The notes beneath the pieces were generated by a model, which did not search any database, was not told the DNA's origin, and saw only the letters and a list, made by a program, of their open reading frames with translations. 42,488 nt of DNA from Nemertoderma westbladi (lineage: Eukaryota > Animalia > Xenacoelomorpha): the NCBI GenBank assembly GCA_032718475.1, contig JAUCBJ010007579.1:1-42488 (forward strand), read 5' to 3'. Each line of letters opens with the position of its first letter. Positions within the stretch are counted from its first letter, which is position 1. This document shows, in pieces, positions 1-13,001 of the stretch. A program made the position numbers and the translations under genes.

Positions 1-445
1 AGCTGTGATTGTGGTAGTAGCGTCAATTGTGCGACAATGAGGTGCAGATGTCGAAAGGCTGACAGAATGTACAACTCGCGCTGTCATAATTCGATCACAT
101 GTAATAATAAGTTGGCGTAAATAGGCGGATAATAGTTGGGGTTATGGATGATGGTGTGATACTGTAATAAACTAGTTTGATCCTTTGTGAAAATGTCACA
201 TCCCATATATCGATTTCATTATTTATGATCAATCAGCACAATATTATTGTAAATAGTTAGAAAGCCTAGACATTTCTAAAAAAGCCTGTTTAATTAAGGA
301 AGGCACGAATACAAATAATACATACAAAGTCTAGGATTTGAGTGGATTCTAATGAACGCCTAGGCTTTCTTGATTTCGAACGGTTTTCTTAACAAAGCCT
401 AGCCTTTATTAAGAAAACCTGATTCCACATACAAAGCCGCTAACA
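1..445 (+). mobile_element. 3' end of an integrase-type DNA transposon (Ginger2/KRBA2-like), partial
   Basis: Frame 1 (1-120) reads SCDCGSSVNCATMRCRCRKADRMYNSRCHNSITCNNKLA*, resembling the Cys-rich C-terminus of KRBA2/SCAND3-like transposon integrases. It is followed by repeated AAAGCCTAG-like motifs (261-420) and an ...AAAGCCGCTAACA end at 445 (Ginger termini are TGT...ACA). Recognised by eye. Confidence 0.5.
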
Positions 446-487
446 TATATAGGACTACAACTATATCTCATGTGAAAAAACCTCTGA

Positions 488-829
488 GTTACTACTAATT
501 TACATTCTTATAAAGCGGATGAATTCAAAAAATACATCGGCACAATCGAAGAAAAACACAGAGAGATCAACTCGGATTTCTGGACTGCCCCTGGATTTAT
601 AAACAGGAACTGGACCGAGCCAAGATCTGAATCCAGACACGTAATCGCACGCTTCTCGATTCACGGCTTTCACCATCTGGTCTGCCAATCTAATGTTTTC
701 CACGATATTTCCCCAGATTGCCGTTGCAAGTTGTGCGGTGGAGCGGCTCCTCTTCTACACTTGCTGGATTGTCCAGGAAATTCGCGCAGCCTTACTGAGT
801 TAGCAACCAAGATCAATCCTCAGTTGTAA
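488..829 (+). mobile_element. 5'-truncated non-LTR retrotransposon, C-terminal end of the RT ORF with CCHC zinc knuckle
   Basis: Stop-free frame 488-829 with no ATG (absent from the ORF track): ...RHVIARFSIHGFHHLVC...CRCKLCGGAAPLLHLLDCPG...*. This contains a C-x2-C-x7-H-x3-C knuckle typical of LINE ORF2 C-termini. A T-rich 3' UTR-like tract follows. Confidence 0.55.
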
Positions 830-994
830 CGTAACCAAGGAATTCTAAATTTTCGTGCTTTTTAATACTTTTTAATACTTTTAATTATTTATTTGTCTAT
901 ATTTTAACCTTTTACTGCCCAGTTGTTGTTTAAGTGCCGCTTCCCTGGCTTGTTAATTAAAATATAATATTATTCTGTATCACATAACTGAGCC

Positions 995-1025
995 TCGTGC
1001 TGCGTGAAGGCCCCACGAACGTGTT
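995..1025 (+). repeat. Isolated 3' terminus of the Helentron/HINE-like family seen at 30602-30972
   Basis: TCGTGCTGCGTGAAGGCCCCACGAACGTGTT is the near-exact reverse complement of 30601-30631 and 12273-12301. Confidence 0.6.
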
Positions 1026-1314
1026 ATAGTAAAGTAACGAATTAATTTACCAAACAATGAATTAAAATTTGGTGGAATTTAGAAAGTAATACTTTTTATA
1101 TTAAACTGAACAGTAGAGACGTTAGAAACTATATCCAATTAATTAATATATCAATTTACTATTTTATTAATGATTTCCTGTGAAATTGCAATCCATTTTT
1201 AGAATTTATTAACTGCAAGGAGATACAAGTATAAGTATCCCCTCCCTATAGTTAGTCTGTTTATTAGGAACCTAAACTATTATCCTGGCTATACCTGGGT
1301 GACCGTTCAACTAC

Positions 1315-2145
1315 TCAACGCTCCATTTGTAAATTAAACAGAACTCCCTGACCCCCAGGAAGGTAACTGACTTGTCTGTTCTTCGCGAGATTGGTCGCGA
1401 TGTCCTCGGCAGCCTCTATACGTCTCAACTCAATAAGCGCGTTACCTGAGCGACTGAACGCTTTACTCAACAACTCCGCCCCGATAGAGTCGCCTTCGGC
1501 AGCCACTATAGATGCTAGTTTATGCTGCTCCGCCTTCTCTACAATGTATCTTGCCTTCTCAGCTTCCTGTTGGGCAACTTGTTTGGCCTCAACGGCGGTA
1601 GTGAAATCTTTTCCGTAGGTTAAATGCGTTATAGAAACGTCGTCCAGTAGGATTCCGAAGGTAGACGCTCTCTCCGAGAGCTCCTGACAGATTCTTTGCG
1701 ATACGGCTTCGCGTTGTGTGATCAGCTCGGCGGCGTTGAATTGGGCGACCACGGCTTTGAGGACCTCGTTGGTGATGCTAGGGAGAACGCGTTCGTCGTA
1801 GTCAACCCCGAGGTTCATGTACATATCCGGGAGACGGGAGACTACCGGACGGAATAGGATTCGGAGCGTTATGTTCACGTTCTGGAGGTCCTTCGTTCCG
1901 GTTATTGTCGGGACGGAACGAGGGCGGGAACGGCAGTCGTATTGTACCGGGGTTTGTACGAGAGGGATAAAGAAGTGGGAGCCCTCCCCTCGGACACCCT
2001 TCTGGATACCGGAGAGACGGGAGAATATAACGGCTCGGAATCCCGGGTTCACGTTGTAGAGACACGTGTTGGCGACCGCAACCACGCCGGCAGTCGCTAG
2101 TCCCAGCACACCCAGCCGTTCAAACAGAGCGCCGATTCGAGACAT
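1315..2145 (-). CDS. PHB1: Prohibitin-1 (SPFH/band 7 family), single coding exon, 276 aa
   Basis: Full-length ORF with diagnostic motifs [79 protein letters not shown] and [17 protein letters not shown] on the - strand at ~1260-1265. Confidence 0.97.
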   Translation of the reverse strand: MSRIGALFERLGVLGLATAGVVAVANTCLYNVNPGFRAVIFSRLSGIQKGVRGEGSHFFIPLVQTPVQYDCRSRPRSVPTITGTKDLQNVNITLRILFRPVVSRLPDMYMNLGVDYDERVLPSITNEVLKAVVAQFNAAELITQREAVSQRICQELSERASTFGILLDDVSITHLTYGKDFTTAVEAKQVAQQEAEKARYIVEKAEQHKLASIVAAEGDSIGAELLSKAFSRSGNALIELRRIEAAEDIATNLAKNRQVSYLPGGQGVLFNLQMER

Positions 2146-4989
2146 TGTCAGATTGTTGTGTAGACCTACTGAATCTGTGTCGACTATTACAGTATTACCA
2201 GATTACAGTCTGACAGTATTTTAATTATACACGAGAATACCGGTAGGCCTACCACCGACGTGCAACGTGCAACGTGACCGCGCAATGTAATAATGAAAGT
2301 CAGTAGATAGCAATACAACTGCAGTACCGCTACCGGTAAAACTGAGGCTAAAAGTACTGAAGTATGGGCTAGTTAGTCACATTTATGAATACCGCCCCAG
2401 ATCACTACATTCTAGTAATATTGCTGTAGGGTAAAATACCGTTATTTAGGAGTTATATTACTCGAGCTGACCAAAATAAATTTAATCATCTAATATATCA
2501 AATTGAAGAAGAAAGGCAGGGCATTACGGTGCTTTGTGTCAGTTTTGTTTGTTAGGCTTGGCATTTCGCATAATAATACTTTAATTACTACAAAATAGTT
2601 CACCTATCCTTGCCGCGTTTTATTTAAAAAACGTGGGCTTAAGCCTAATTTGGATCAAATTCATGTAGATCGGAAAACTGATCTGACGCAAAATTCTTAC
2701 AATTCCTTGCAGCGGTATTGTTTCGATGATGGCCTACTACTACAGTACTACTACTACTACTACAGTACTACTACGATCGACATGCTGCATTGCAGCTGCA
2801 TTATATTTTTTTACATATATATTAAGAATGTTGTGCCGGCTTAAAATTGCGCCGCCACAACTCCCTATCACGCATGACCTTTGCTAGTTGTAGAGGATGG
2901 TGGATCCCCCCCCCCCCGCACTAGGACATAAGACAAGTACTGTAATACAGTTAATTGTTAAAGGTGTCTGGAAAAGTTTTTGAGTTGTTTATATTATTAT
3001 TATTCTTAATTAAGTTAATTAACAACACCAGCTGTTTATATTAATATATTATATTATCATTAATTATGTGTTTAATATTTTCAGAGTTTTTAATTTGCGA
3101 GTCGCCTTTATGTACCGGATTCTTTTCTATTTCAATTTCTTTGATATTGTCGATAGCTTGCAACTGTTCTTTGCAAAGTTGTTGATAAAGGTTTTGATAA
3201 ATGCACGGAGTAGTTTAATGATAATTGTTAAGTAGTTTCTTACAGTTACCTTACGGTAACTCGTTAGCATCTTCAATAAAGGTAGATACGGATACAGTAA
3301 TGTATATTACAGTATGTAGATACTTCTACAGTATGCAATCAACAGATCGTGAGAGGTGGGGGGGGGGGGGGGGGGGGTCGGGTTCGACGCAATTAAACTA
3401 AATCCATATTCAGGGGAAAATCGACGCGAATAACAGCTGATTACTCTAAAAAAATGTAACTTTAAACTGTTCTATGGAACTATTGTTTTGGTTAGAATTC
3501 CGGTAAATTAACATTAATTTGGCGTCGGATCATAGAGTCGGCCGGCGCTCAACCAACTGAGCCACCCCGCCTTATAGCGAGACAGGGGGGGGGGGATAAT
3601 TAATCTCGGCGAATTAATATCTCGCGTCAATGTTATATTATCAATTAAGGGAAAGGAGCACGTTTCAGGGGCACCAAAAGTAAAACCAATGACACTCAAA
3701 AATGAAACTGTAACCTATTCTATTACATTTATTGTTTTGGTTAGAATATGTTTTGGTGTCACTGCAACCTGTTTTCTTTCTATTAATTTATATAATTGAA
3801 CACCATGAGACGATGCATTAATTCGCAGAGATAGGATCAGCGAGCGGACCTACCGCAACGGCCCTACAGGAATGTTAGATGAAACAGGATGGAAATACAA
3901 ATTAATATACAAGTTTTCCGCTCAGGTTTCTTGAGATTCAATACGCTGAAACAGCCGGTACAGTAGTGCAGGTAAGAGCCCCAGTGAGGTGCTTCACATT
4001 TTTTATCGATTAGATAATTTCATACTGTATATTAATCTCAGAATAACGTTGTTACATTAAGGGGACCATTGCCCCGAATATATTTTTTTTATTTATAAAG
4101 CTACTATTATGAAACGGTCGTTTTTTTTTTCAAAAATTGTATAAACTTTGAGGCTTTTTATAAGTAAAATTTGTTATTATTTTATAAGTTTGAGGATCAG
4201 TTATACAGTACCACCTGGGTTTGAAGTCCTAGACTTTGGAAAAAATGGACCTAGATAATTATGTAGTCAATACTACTATATGTAGCTTGTTATTGTCTTT
4301 ACTTTCTATAAAGTACAATTTATGCAAGTATTGTGATGGTACAGTAATACTGTAAATTTTTTACTTAAAATATTTTTATTATATTTTACTAAATTATTTT
4401 ATGAACCAAATATTTATGAACCATAAAAGAGAATCAACCTACAATTAATTGATTATGATTATTTATATTTTGATCTATAACTTATCCCGTTTTAACATAT
4501 GAACTACATACCGTTTATTGAAAGTTGCTATAATTAATTATTTTTTACGGTTTAATTTCAGATTTAAATTGAATGCTTAATTGTAGTACCGGTACAGAAT
4601 GTTGTATGCTTATCATGTATGGTTTATTGTTTGTAGTATGTATATTCCTTTTTACATGTTTTGTACAGGAATTAAAACGAATAAATCAATCAATCAATCA
4701 ATACTGTACTGTATGGGTTTAATATCATGCCGCATATATGTTCCTTCTATAGACACCCCTATTCTCTAATAGATATTAAATAAAATTAAAAATAATAAAA
4801 TACAAAGCCGCTACAGTACACTGTAAAAAAAATAAGCCTGTTACCATAAAACTTTTGCACATTTTCTTGCTTATTGACTTTTGAGAATTATACCTGTAAC
4901 TAATTGTGGTGTAATTACAGATAAATCTATACGTTCTGCCGTAAATACTTCTAGGTGAAACCCAATTATCTGGTATTAACATTTGGTCT

Positions 4990-5381
4990 TACATTATATG
5001 AAACAAGTTTTTACCTGAATTATTTTAAGGTCACTAAATGTTTCGGATTATATATTTCTTGGTGAATCCAAATAACCTGGTATAGAGCTTCAGTTTTACA
5101 TTAAATGAAACAAGTTTTTACCTGAATTATTTTAAGGTTACAAAATGTTTCGGATTATAATTCTTGGTGAATCCAAATAACCTGGTATAGAGCTTCAGTT
5201 TTACATTAAATGAAACAAGTTTTTACCTGAATTATTTTAAGGTCACTAAATGTTTCGGATTATATAATTCTTGGTGAATCCAAATAACCTGGTATAGAGC
5301 TTCAGTTTTACATTAAATGAAACAAGTTTTTAGCTGAATTATTTTAAGGTCACTAAATGTTTTGGATTATATATTTCGTGG
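4990..5381. repeat. Subterminal tandem repeat of the CACTA element, ~106 bp x ~3.7
   Basis: ATGAAACAAGTTTTTA recurs at 4998, 5105, 5210 and 5317. Confidence 0.92.
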
Positions 5382-6454
5382 AAACTCATCACCGGATTAA
5401 CGTCCAATTTCATATATGATACGAGTAAAATGCAATATATTCGCCCAATTCATACGTTATTCAATGTCAATACCCCCTAACGTTTTGTTTTCTTGGTATA
5501 ATATTTACATCAGACCTTGAATACAGAAGAAATAATGTATTACGTTTCAAGATTTATTTAAATTGCATGTAAATTCCAATGTATTGATGTTAACAAGAAT
5601 ATTGCACTTGAGCAATCTGGTAAAGAAGAATATCTCATTTATTATAAATTTATATTTAAGAATATTATGAAAGCATATCAGATGGGCGAATCAAACTACA
5701 ATTTAGGCCTGCTACTACTATCGCTATCACTATTAATTAATTAAAACTACGACTACATAATACTACTTAATATTCAGCACATAAAATCACGACGAAAAAG
5801 GCTTAAGGTTTGGTTTGGGTATACTAGATTGATTATCATTCATACCACTAATATTGGGGTTAATATTTATGCCGACAACCATTATTAATGTTGATTAATA
5901 TGAAAAACTATCAATTGGGGAAATGCTCGGGTTATAGTAGTGTTACGATATTGCAACCAAAACAATAAACGAGAGTCAATAGCATAGTTTACGACGGTTT
6001 TACATTGGTCGTTGTCGGTTGTCGTCATAGCATTTACGCCCCTAATTTTGCATTTTGTACAAGAATATTTAATTTAATTTATAATAAGCATTTAAATACA
6101 ATTTAAAAATAATATTGAAATAATATTGCATTTAAAAAGTAGATTGTTAAACTAGATAAATACACACCAAAATTAAACGAGATAAATCCAATTTGCAAAA
6201 TAAAAATGTATATCATGAATATTGAATTTGAACAATCAGTTGAAGAAAAGTTTTGCATTTATACAAAATCTCAGACTACAGTAGAAATATATTTATTTAT
6301 GAATAATTTCGAAATCATAAAGATGGGCGACTCAAACTGTCACTATTAATCTAATAATAAAATGAAACTACGACTACAGTACTACTACTGTACTTACTTA
6401 GTCATATTTTCATTATTAGTCCAATGAATGATTAGATATTATTATGAATTTCAT

Positions 6455-6766
6455 TCAAAACGCACTGTAGAGTTTGCTACGTAAACGCCTTGCTCTGGCG
6501 TTTTTAGATTGTACGCCAACAACCATGGAAGCGAGAAATTCCAGATATTCATCGGGAAATGAATAATTCATTGCGTAGATGAACCCAATGGTGAAAAGGA
6601 GTGCGTCAGCTAAATCGGTGTGAACAATGATCTGTTTCCCTTCAACAATTACAATAACCTCTTCTATTTCCGTCATTTGTTGGTGATGCACAACATTTAT
6701 CTTAATGAATCCACTCGAATCTAGTTCGGAAATATCCTGCTCCTCTGGAGCACTACTGGCCTGCGC
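6455..6766 (-). CDS. CACTA ORF2 (SAMD3-like accessory protein), exon 3
   Basis: Acceptor ttttcctAG|GCGCAG, in frame with ORF 6455-6691. VIVEGKQII...DLADALLFTIGFIYAMNYSFP resembles the C-terminus of SAMD3-like EnSpm ORF2 proteins. Confidence 0.7.
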   Translation of the reverse strand, partial: AQASSAPEEQDISELDSSGFIKINVVHHQQMTEIEEVIVIVEGKQIIVHTDLADALLFTIGFIYAMNYSFPDEYLEFLASMVVGVQSKNARARRLRSKLYSAF

Positions 6767-7262
6767 CTAGGAAAACGAAAACAATTTTCAAATTTTGAAC
6801 TTAAAAATGCTTCGCGCTTGTCTGGGGGGGGGGGGGGGGGGGTACTGGTTTTGAAATTTAAATTTAATATTTTTGGTTTTTCATCTCATCTAGAGCAGAT
6901 TTGTGATCCGCGGTTGGCCCCACAACCACCACCCTCCCCCCCCCCCCGCCCCACACCCCCACTAGATTGTCTGTCTCTCAGGCCACGATAGTCTAAATAA
7001 TTACATAATATAATAGCGAATATACTTTCATACCTCTAAATCCACATGAGGTGGTGTAGGCTGTGATTCAGTCGCAAAAACCGTGGGCACGGGTATATCA
7101 GCCATTTGGTTGTTTGTCAAATCATTCTCCTATATTAAAAATGGGTTGTATTCTTGAATTGGTTTATTTATATTTATATATTGTGATATTTGTGGTAATA
7201 ATTATTTATACATCAAGGGTTAATAGGAAAAAAATGGAATTTGTTTTATCATGTTCTACTAC

Positions 7263-7760
7263 TACTAGGTCGAGCAAACTTGGACAGTGAAAATTAGATC
7301 CTGAAAATGAGAACCCGCATTGGCGAAAGTATCTGATAAAAATATAGATATCGTCCTCACTGGTGACTTCAATGTTAACTTAAACAAAATGACATCAGAA
7401 AGTGCACGATACTTACAGATACTTTCATCATACGGATTTTCCCAATTAATAAAACAACCCACTCGAATTGTACACGGTGCTAATTCAACGCTTGACCATA
7501 TTATTACTAATATTACGAATGATTTTACTACTGCCGGCGTTTTTTTTATCAGAAATTGGCACAACAGACCACCTTGGAACATTTGCGTTATTTCATAATT
7601 ATTCTGCTTTTTTCAAACAACCCAATACTAAAATGTGCTATGATTATAGCAAATTTAACTTAAATAGTTTTTTGCTCAACCTTTCATTACCACCTCTCGC
7701 AGCTTACCGATCACATAATATACCGACAGATAAAAAATTTGACACATTTTACATGATTCA
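7263..7760 (+). mobile_element. Fragment of a LINE apurinic-like endonuclease domain (CR1/L2 group), nested in ORF2 intron 2
   Basis: IVLTGDFNVNL, FSQLIKQPTR, STLDHIITN and, after a frameshift in a T-run near 7540, TDHLGTF: the GDFN/PT/LDH/SDH motifs of APE domains. Confidence 0.85.
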
Positions 7761-7818
7761 AATTAAAATAAAACAAAACAAAGTCAACCGGTCTACTCGA
7801 TAATCAGCGTTTACTTAC

Positions 7819-8043
7819 CGGACAATAATATGAAATTACTGATGAGTCAAAAAACTCCGACAGCCCAACCAACACTTGAGTAAGTGGAGAGTGATCTCTC
7901 CACTTAAGTATAACTGACTCAATATTATCCCATCTTGATTTCGGGGTAGACACCTTGAATATCTTTGAGAGGTTTGAGAGATGGCACGTTATATTAACCC
8001 ATTCCAGTTTAACGTTGGTTAACAGGAAGAATTCATGAGAAAT
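7819..8043 (-). CDS. CACTA ORF2, exon 2
   Basis: Acceptor cttgcAG|ATT and donor CCG|GTAAGT; 225 nt, phase 0-0, open (ISHEFFLLTNVKL...SYYCP). Confidence 0.7.
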
Positions 8044-8313
8044 CTGCAAGATAAATGGAAATAATAATATAAAGTAATTACCGGATAAAAAATATCCCTA
8101 ACAAACAACGTCATAAAAATTAATTAAATAATGAGAAACTAAAACACTAACAGTAAGGCACTGGATTAAGGGGGGTGGGGGGGTGGGGGGGTTATTTGTG
8201 TGGCCAATAAAAAATTAACATAAATAAGCTGGCACTTTCAATGTAGCTGAAATGTAGATAATGAATTATATTATAATCATATCACAATAACGATATTAAT
8301 ATATTTAACTAAC

Positions 8314-9210
8314 CTCGTCATTTTGACGAAGGGAGGGCCACTTAATTAGAATTTCTTCCAAACGTAAAATTCCATTCGTTACATCTTTGCGGCATTCAGC
8401 ATATGAGTCGACCTCGTCACTACAAGCTGTGACAGCATGTATAGTGTCTGATGCATTGCGCACCTCTGGCGCTTTTTCTGGTAAAAAATTCACGACACCA
8501 TGACGTGCTTTCTTTATAGATTTATGGGTGCTACCTTTCTTCTTACCAGAATTAATCTTTACCTCTAGGGCTCCTAGCTGAGACATTTTGCGTCGATAAT
8601 CGGACATACGCGATTGAATTTTATAAACCCAGATCTCGTATCCCGATTTATCAAGTCGATCCTTAGACCTTAGACCCGGATACCTCTCCACAAGTTGACG
8701 GGCTGCATCATTAAATAAAGACAATGTGGGGTATGGGGTTAAGCGATATAGCTTTTTAGCAATTGGACCCAATATATCCCCTTTGATTTTTTTTAATTTT
8801 TGTAGTTCTGATATCTCAGTAATGTTTGATATTGCATGTTGAACATCAAGGTCGAATTCAGGCAAAACAAATGAGGCAGAATGATGATTATTGCGAAAGT
8901 TGAGACTGTTTTGGGCACTTGTAGAAGGTAGATCAGGTGAATTAAAGAACATACTGATGTCAAATTGTGATGTAGGCTCAATGCCTTCACTGGTGCTTCC
9001 ACTGTTACTGGTTTCCATAGTTCCAGATTTTTCCTTTTGAATTGCATGTTTGAGTAACAGCTCCTGTCCTCTGTCTAAATTGAGCCTATCAACATCATCA
9101 CTATCCAGCAATGACAGTACAAATCTGCTGTTTACGCCGAATTCATTAAGAGATTTAATAGTTTCTTGTGTAAATGAGTATGAACTCAAATTGTTTTCCC
9201 AGTCACTCAT
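8314..9210 (-). CDS. CACTA ORF2, exon 1 (N-terminal SAM-like region; spliced product ~477 aa)
   Basis: ATG at 9210, 299 open codons, donor GAG|GTTAGT. Motifs YPT..F..AA..LV.RYP.L...GY..W..KI..RM.DYRRK and KWPSL resemble animal EnSpm second ORFs. Confidence 0.75.
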
Positions 9211-9320
9211 AATACTTGCTTCTCGTAAAGTATAAATAAGATTTACACATACAATTTACAAATTAACATATACATACAGTATATCGGCCAATGCCAATAT
9301 GACTTACAAATGCGAACAAT

Positions 9321-11974
9321 CTACCAAATGCTAAATTTCAGAGGTACGTACACTTTCGAGCTTAAAACACTATTGTAGGCAGACAATGGATAATAATTCA
9401 CAGTTTTGTCAGATAGAATGTCAACAAAACAATAACTATTAAATGTAGTGATTTGATTCAGACCAAGTTCTTCATGAATTTCAGAATTGTATTTTTCACA
9501 AAGGAAAGATGGTGTCCCCTCACGGCCATCTGTATGGAAACTCGAAAAAATATGCAAAATGTCATAAAATGATTCAGCAATGTCCACCAACCAATCGTGC
9601 TTATGGTACATAATGTCATTGATAGCAACCGAATCACTGACAAGGCATTGTTCATGGTCATCCGCAAATGCGCTTGTAAGAAGTAAGCTGACTGCATTTG
9701 GCTCGAGCAGTAAATCTTCAATACCTACTGAGTGGAGATTTGTATAAAAAACTGCTTCACCATTTATGAAAGTCTTTGTCTCTAAGTGGTATGTAACACT
9801 TAACTGGTGATTGGTTATCATCGTTTTTATAGGATTCTTAAAGTTCTGGGCTTTGCGAATAGTTTTCTTAAAGAAATAGTGTTTCGACTCATTCCGAAAT
9901 ACAGCATACTGGCACAATGGACCGTACCGAAGTATGAGCTCTGGATAATGATCCAAGAAATGGTGCTTTGGCTTTATAGATTCGCCAGGAAACAATGAAT
10001 ATAAAGTAACTTATGATCACGAATAAGCGAACTCAGTATTACAAGACTTCTTTGAGTTACATTAGTTGAAAAAACTCTCTCCATAATTAATCTGAGGGAC
10101 AAAATAACATCCCATAATGGACTTATAAATTCAACAATTTTATGTTCAAAAATAACTGGAAATAACTTCAATAATGTTCGAATTTCAGCTGCAGTACCTG
10201 GAAATATGGTTGTAGTGGTTGTGAGTGATGAGTATGGTATATTTCTTTTGTCACGTGTGTTGTATCTAAAGCCATTTATTAGTTAATTTATTTCAACCAA
10301 GGAGAGCCCATTCATGGATCTTGAAATTGCTTTGAAAACTAGTGCAAGCTCCAGTGGAGCAATTCCCTCCAGAATATCATGCATCGGATCTGGAGGAAGT
10401 GAGATGGTAGCATTAAATGATGAAAGTTTGTTAAAGGGGCATTCAGACTTTACACCATAAGTTTCTGTATCTTGTGCTAGCTGCAGACTGTACATTTCTG
10501 CAGTCCTGAACACAAAGTTAATTTCAGAACTAATATCCTGAATATCAAAATTTCGTGCCATGCAGTACCTGCATGGATACAACACATTGGGACTAAAGCA
10601 TTCGTTAAACCCACCAATCATATGAGCTCCCCGATTATCTGAAGATAGATGTAGTATTCCAACTCTAAGGTTTTTTAAGAAACCATTCTCAAGTTTTATT
10701 AGGTCATTGACAAGAGGTTCAAGAACAGTTTCCATACCATACAGTTTTAGAAGGGTTGACCTGAACATGAGGGCAATCTGAATTGATTTCATAGACGACC
10801 GAAACTGAACAGGTAAATTAAGTAAACTCCAGTAAATGACAGCCATTTTATTTTTTTTACGGGTTGTTCCAAGTGGATTAGTTATACCAAATTCGTCAAA
10901 ATATTAAGAAATTACGATTAGGCCATGAGGAGAACGGCATTGAAAAAATGCGTTTTCCTGGAAGTACTGGCCCGTTTGGAAATTACAAGTTTCGAATGAA
11001 ACAGAACCACATTCCTTTGGTGCAATCACGTTAATATGCTTTGCCACTGCTTCATCACTTAGAAAAAGTTGCAACATTTCTGATACAGGAATGAAGTAGT
11101 ATGTTCTGTAAGACTTACTCCTAGTACGAGTAGTACTATCATTGAGAACTATTTCTTGAGGGGGGACATATAGACAGTTCTCTTTGATATAATTTTTCCA
11201 GCGATAACAAGTTGATAAGTTAGTTGGTATTTCACCAGTACTCGATGGTATTCTACCTTCTGGAACAGAAGAACATTGGGTATATATTGGAAAACTTGAC
11301 TTAAGTTTGCTCATATTATCTTCGTCGAGTTTAAGATAATTTTGCAACGAAGAAAATGACGCTGCATTGAGTTCATTAATATCATTAATCATGGCCATGA
11401 TATTAGATTCTGCTATGTTATATATTAGATTACATTTCAGCAAAAACAATGCCAGTTGTTTAGTGGTATTGTCCTTGATAATCGAAATGCCGTCAGCATT
11501 TTCCATGTTTTCATTACCTGTGTTACCCCTCAGATTTTCAGGAACATCTTCTATGTCAAGTAAGTAAATGGATTTTAAACATTGCACTGCATTATCAGAA
11601 ATGTAACCACTGTGATATTTCGATATATGGGAAGAAAAATTGTTTTTGTCTTCTGAGCTGTAACTACAAAGCTTAAAAAAACATTCCATCTTATTCACAC
11701 CACAACGATTTGATACAACATGATGTCTCAGATCTTTTATAAAAACAAACTGTGAATTGGAAATGGCACATACAATTTGATGGCGAGTCCCAGAAAGTTG
11801 ATGCAATGAAAAATGGGTCTGCAGGATCTTTAAACTGCGGCATTTAAAAGAACACGAGATTTCATAACAAGGAAACGATACGGTTGACGCCAAAGCGTGG
11901 TGAACTATTCGATAGTGACTCAACAATGAAGACTCTGGTGAAATGACTCGTGAACATAGTTTACAAACTGGCAT
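9321..11974 (-). pseudogene. EnSpm/CACTA transposase with N-terminal C2H2-like fingers, disrupted
   Basis: Four ORF pieces join into ~880 codons from the ATG at 11974, with in-frame TAA at 10904-10906 and 10283-10285 and a frameshift near 9995. Motifs YFDEF...NPLG, SDNRGAH, CRYC, PDPMHDILEG, KPKHHFLDHYP, YGPL and RNESKH. Confidence 0.88.
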
Positions 11975-12272
11975 TGTGCAACAATATATCAAAATAATAA
12001 TTATTATCAAAATCAATAGATTAGCTAACCTCATATAACATAAATAAATTGTTTGATTTAATAATATCAAGGTTGCATTATTTTGTTAACATTCAATAAA
12101 ATTAAAGTTTGAAATTAAAGTAAACAAACTATGTACATACTATATATGTACATACTACATACTACTGTGTATAGGAAAGGAACTGTACGGTGGCCCACCA
12201 TATTATGTTCAAGTCTGCTGACTAGAGACATTTCACAGTGACGTACTGGTATAAAACCATTAAGAATAATAA

Positions 12273-12480
12273 AACACGTTCGTGGGGCATCACGCAGCAC
12301 GCGAACTTGTGCAAGTTCGAAACAAGGTCGATTTGATCTGGAGTCAAAAGTTCGAGAGATATTTGCCCGTAACTTTAAAAAATATTGGAACTTTTTCTCT
12401 AGTATGCCAATACAAAATTTGGTTGAAAATGGTTAAAATCTTTAAAAGTTATTTACGAATGAATTTGAAATGAAAATGAA
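12273..12480 (-). mobile_element. Truncated Helentron/HINE-like copy nested in the CACTA 5' region
   Basis: AACACGTTCGTGGGGCATCACGCAGCACG matches 30601-30630. The right boundary is approximate. Confidence 0.45.
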
Positions 12481-12920
12481 AGAGAACTACGCAGCGCGCA
12501 GTCGGCCAGTCGTACTGATTTTGTACCAGCACAGGGCCGTATTAACGGCGGGACTTTTGGGACTGCAGTCCCAGGCCCCGCGAAGGGTTTGGGGCCCCCC
12601 AGAAGAAAGAAATGTCCTTACATTAAATATAATATTGTGGGAATCACGTTTGAACATACAAAGAATATCGTACCCAGATGAACAAATGCGAAATCCACAT
12701 AACACATTATACTACTGAAAATATACCATACCATACCTCTCTGCCTCTCCAATTTCTCTCTGTAAACCTTGCCAAAGGGCAAGAAAGGCGGGGGGGGGGG
12801 GGGGGTGGTATTGGTGGTGATAATGTAACGAATATTACTAACAGTAGATAGCAGTAGGCTTACTATCAATGCTGTAACAGTGTAGAATTGAATGTCTCCC
12901 GTCTGCAGACTTAAACATAT

Positions 12921-13001
12921 TAAAAAAGGCAAAAGTGAGTACATTGATGTTAAAAAGGCAAAAGTGAGTACATTGACGTTATAAAGGCAAAAGTAGGTAC
13001 A
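12921..13001. repeat. 29-bp tandem repeat x ~2.8
   Basis: AAAGGCAAAAGTGAGTACATTGAYGTT, with GGC at 12928, 12957 and 12986. Confidence 0.85.

Noticed and set aside
1391-2065. Overlapping and antisense ORFs on PHB1 (similarly 15176-15578 on MRLC)
   Set aside because: Shadow frames of conserved coding sequence with no recognisable motifs.
3806-3977. GC-richer exon-like stretch ending in CAG|GTAAGA
   Set aside because: It has stops or frameshifts and no recognisable protein; possibly a decayed transposon fragment.
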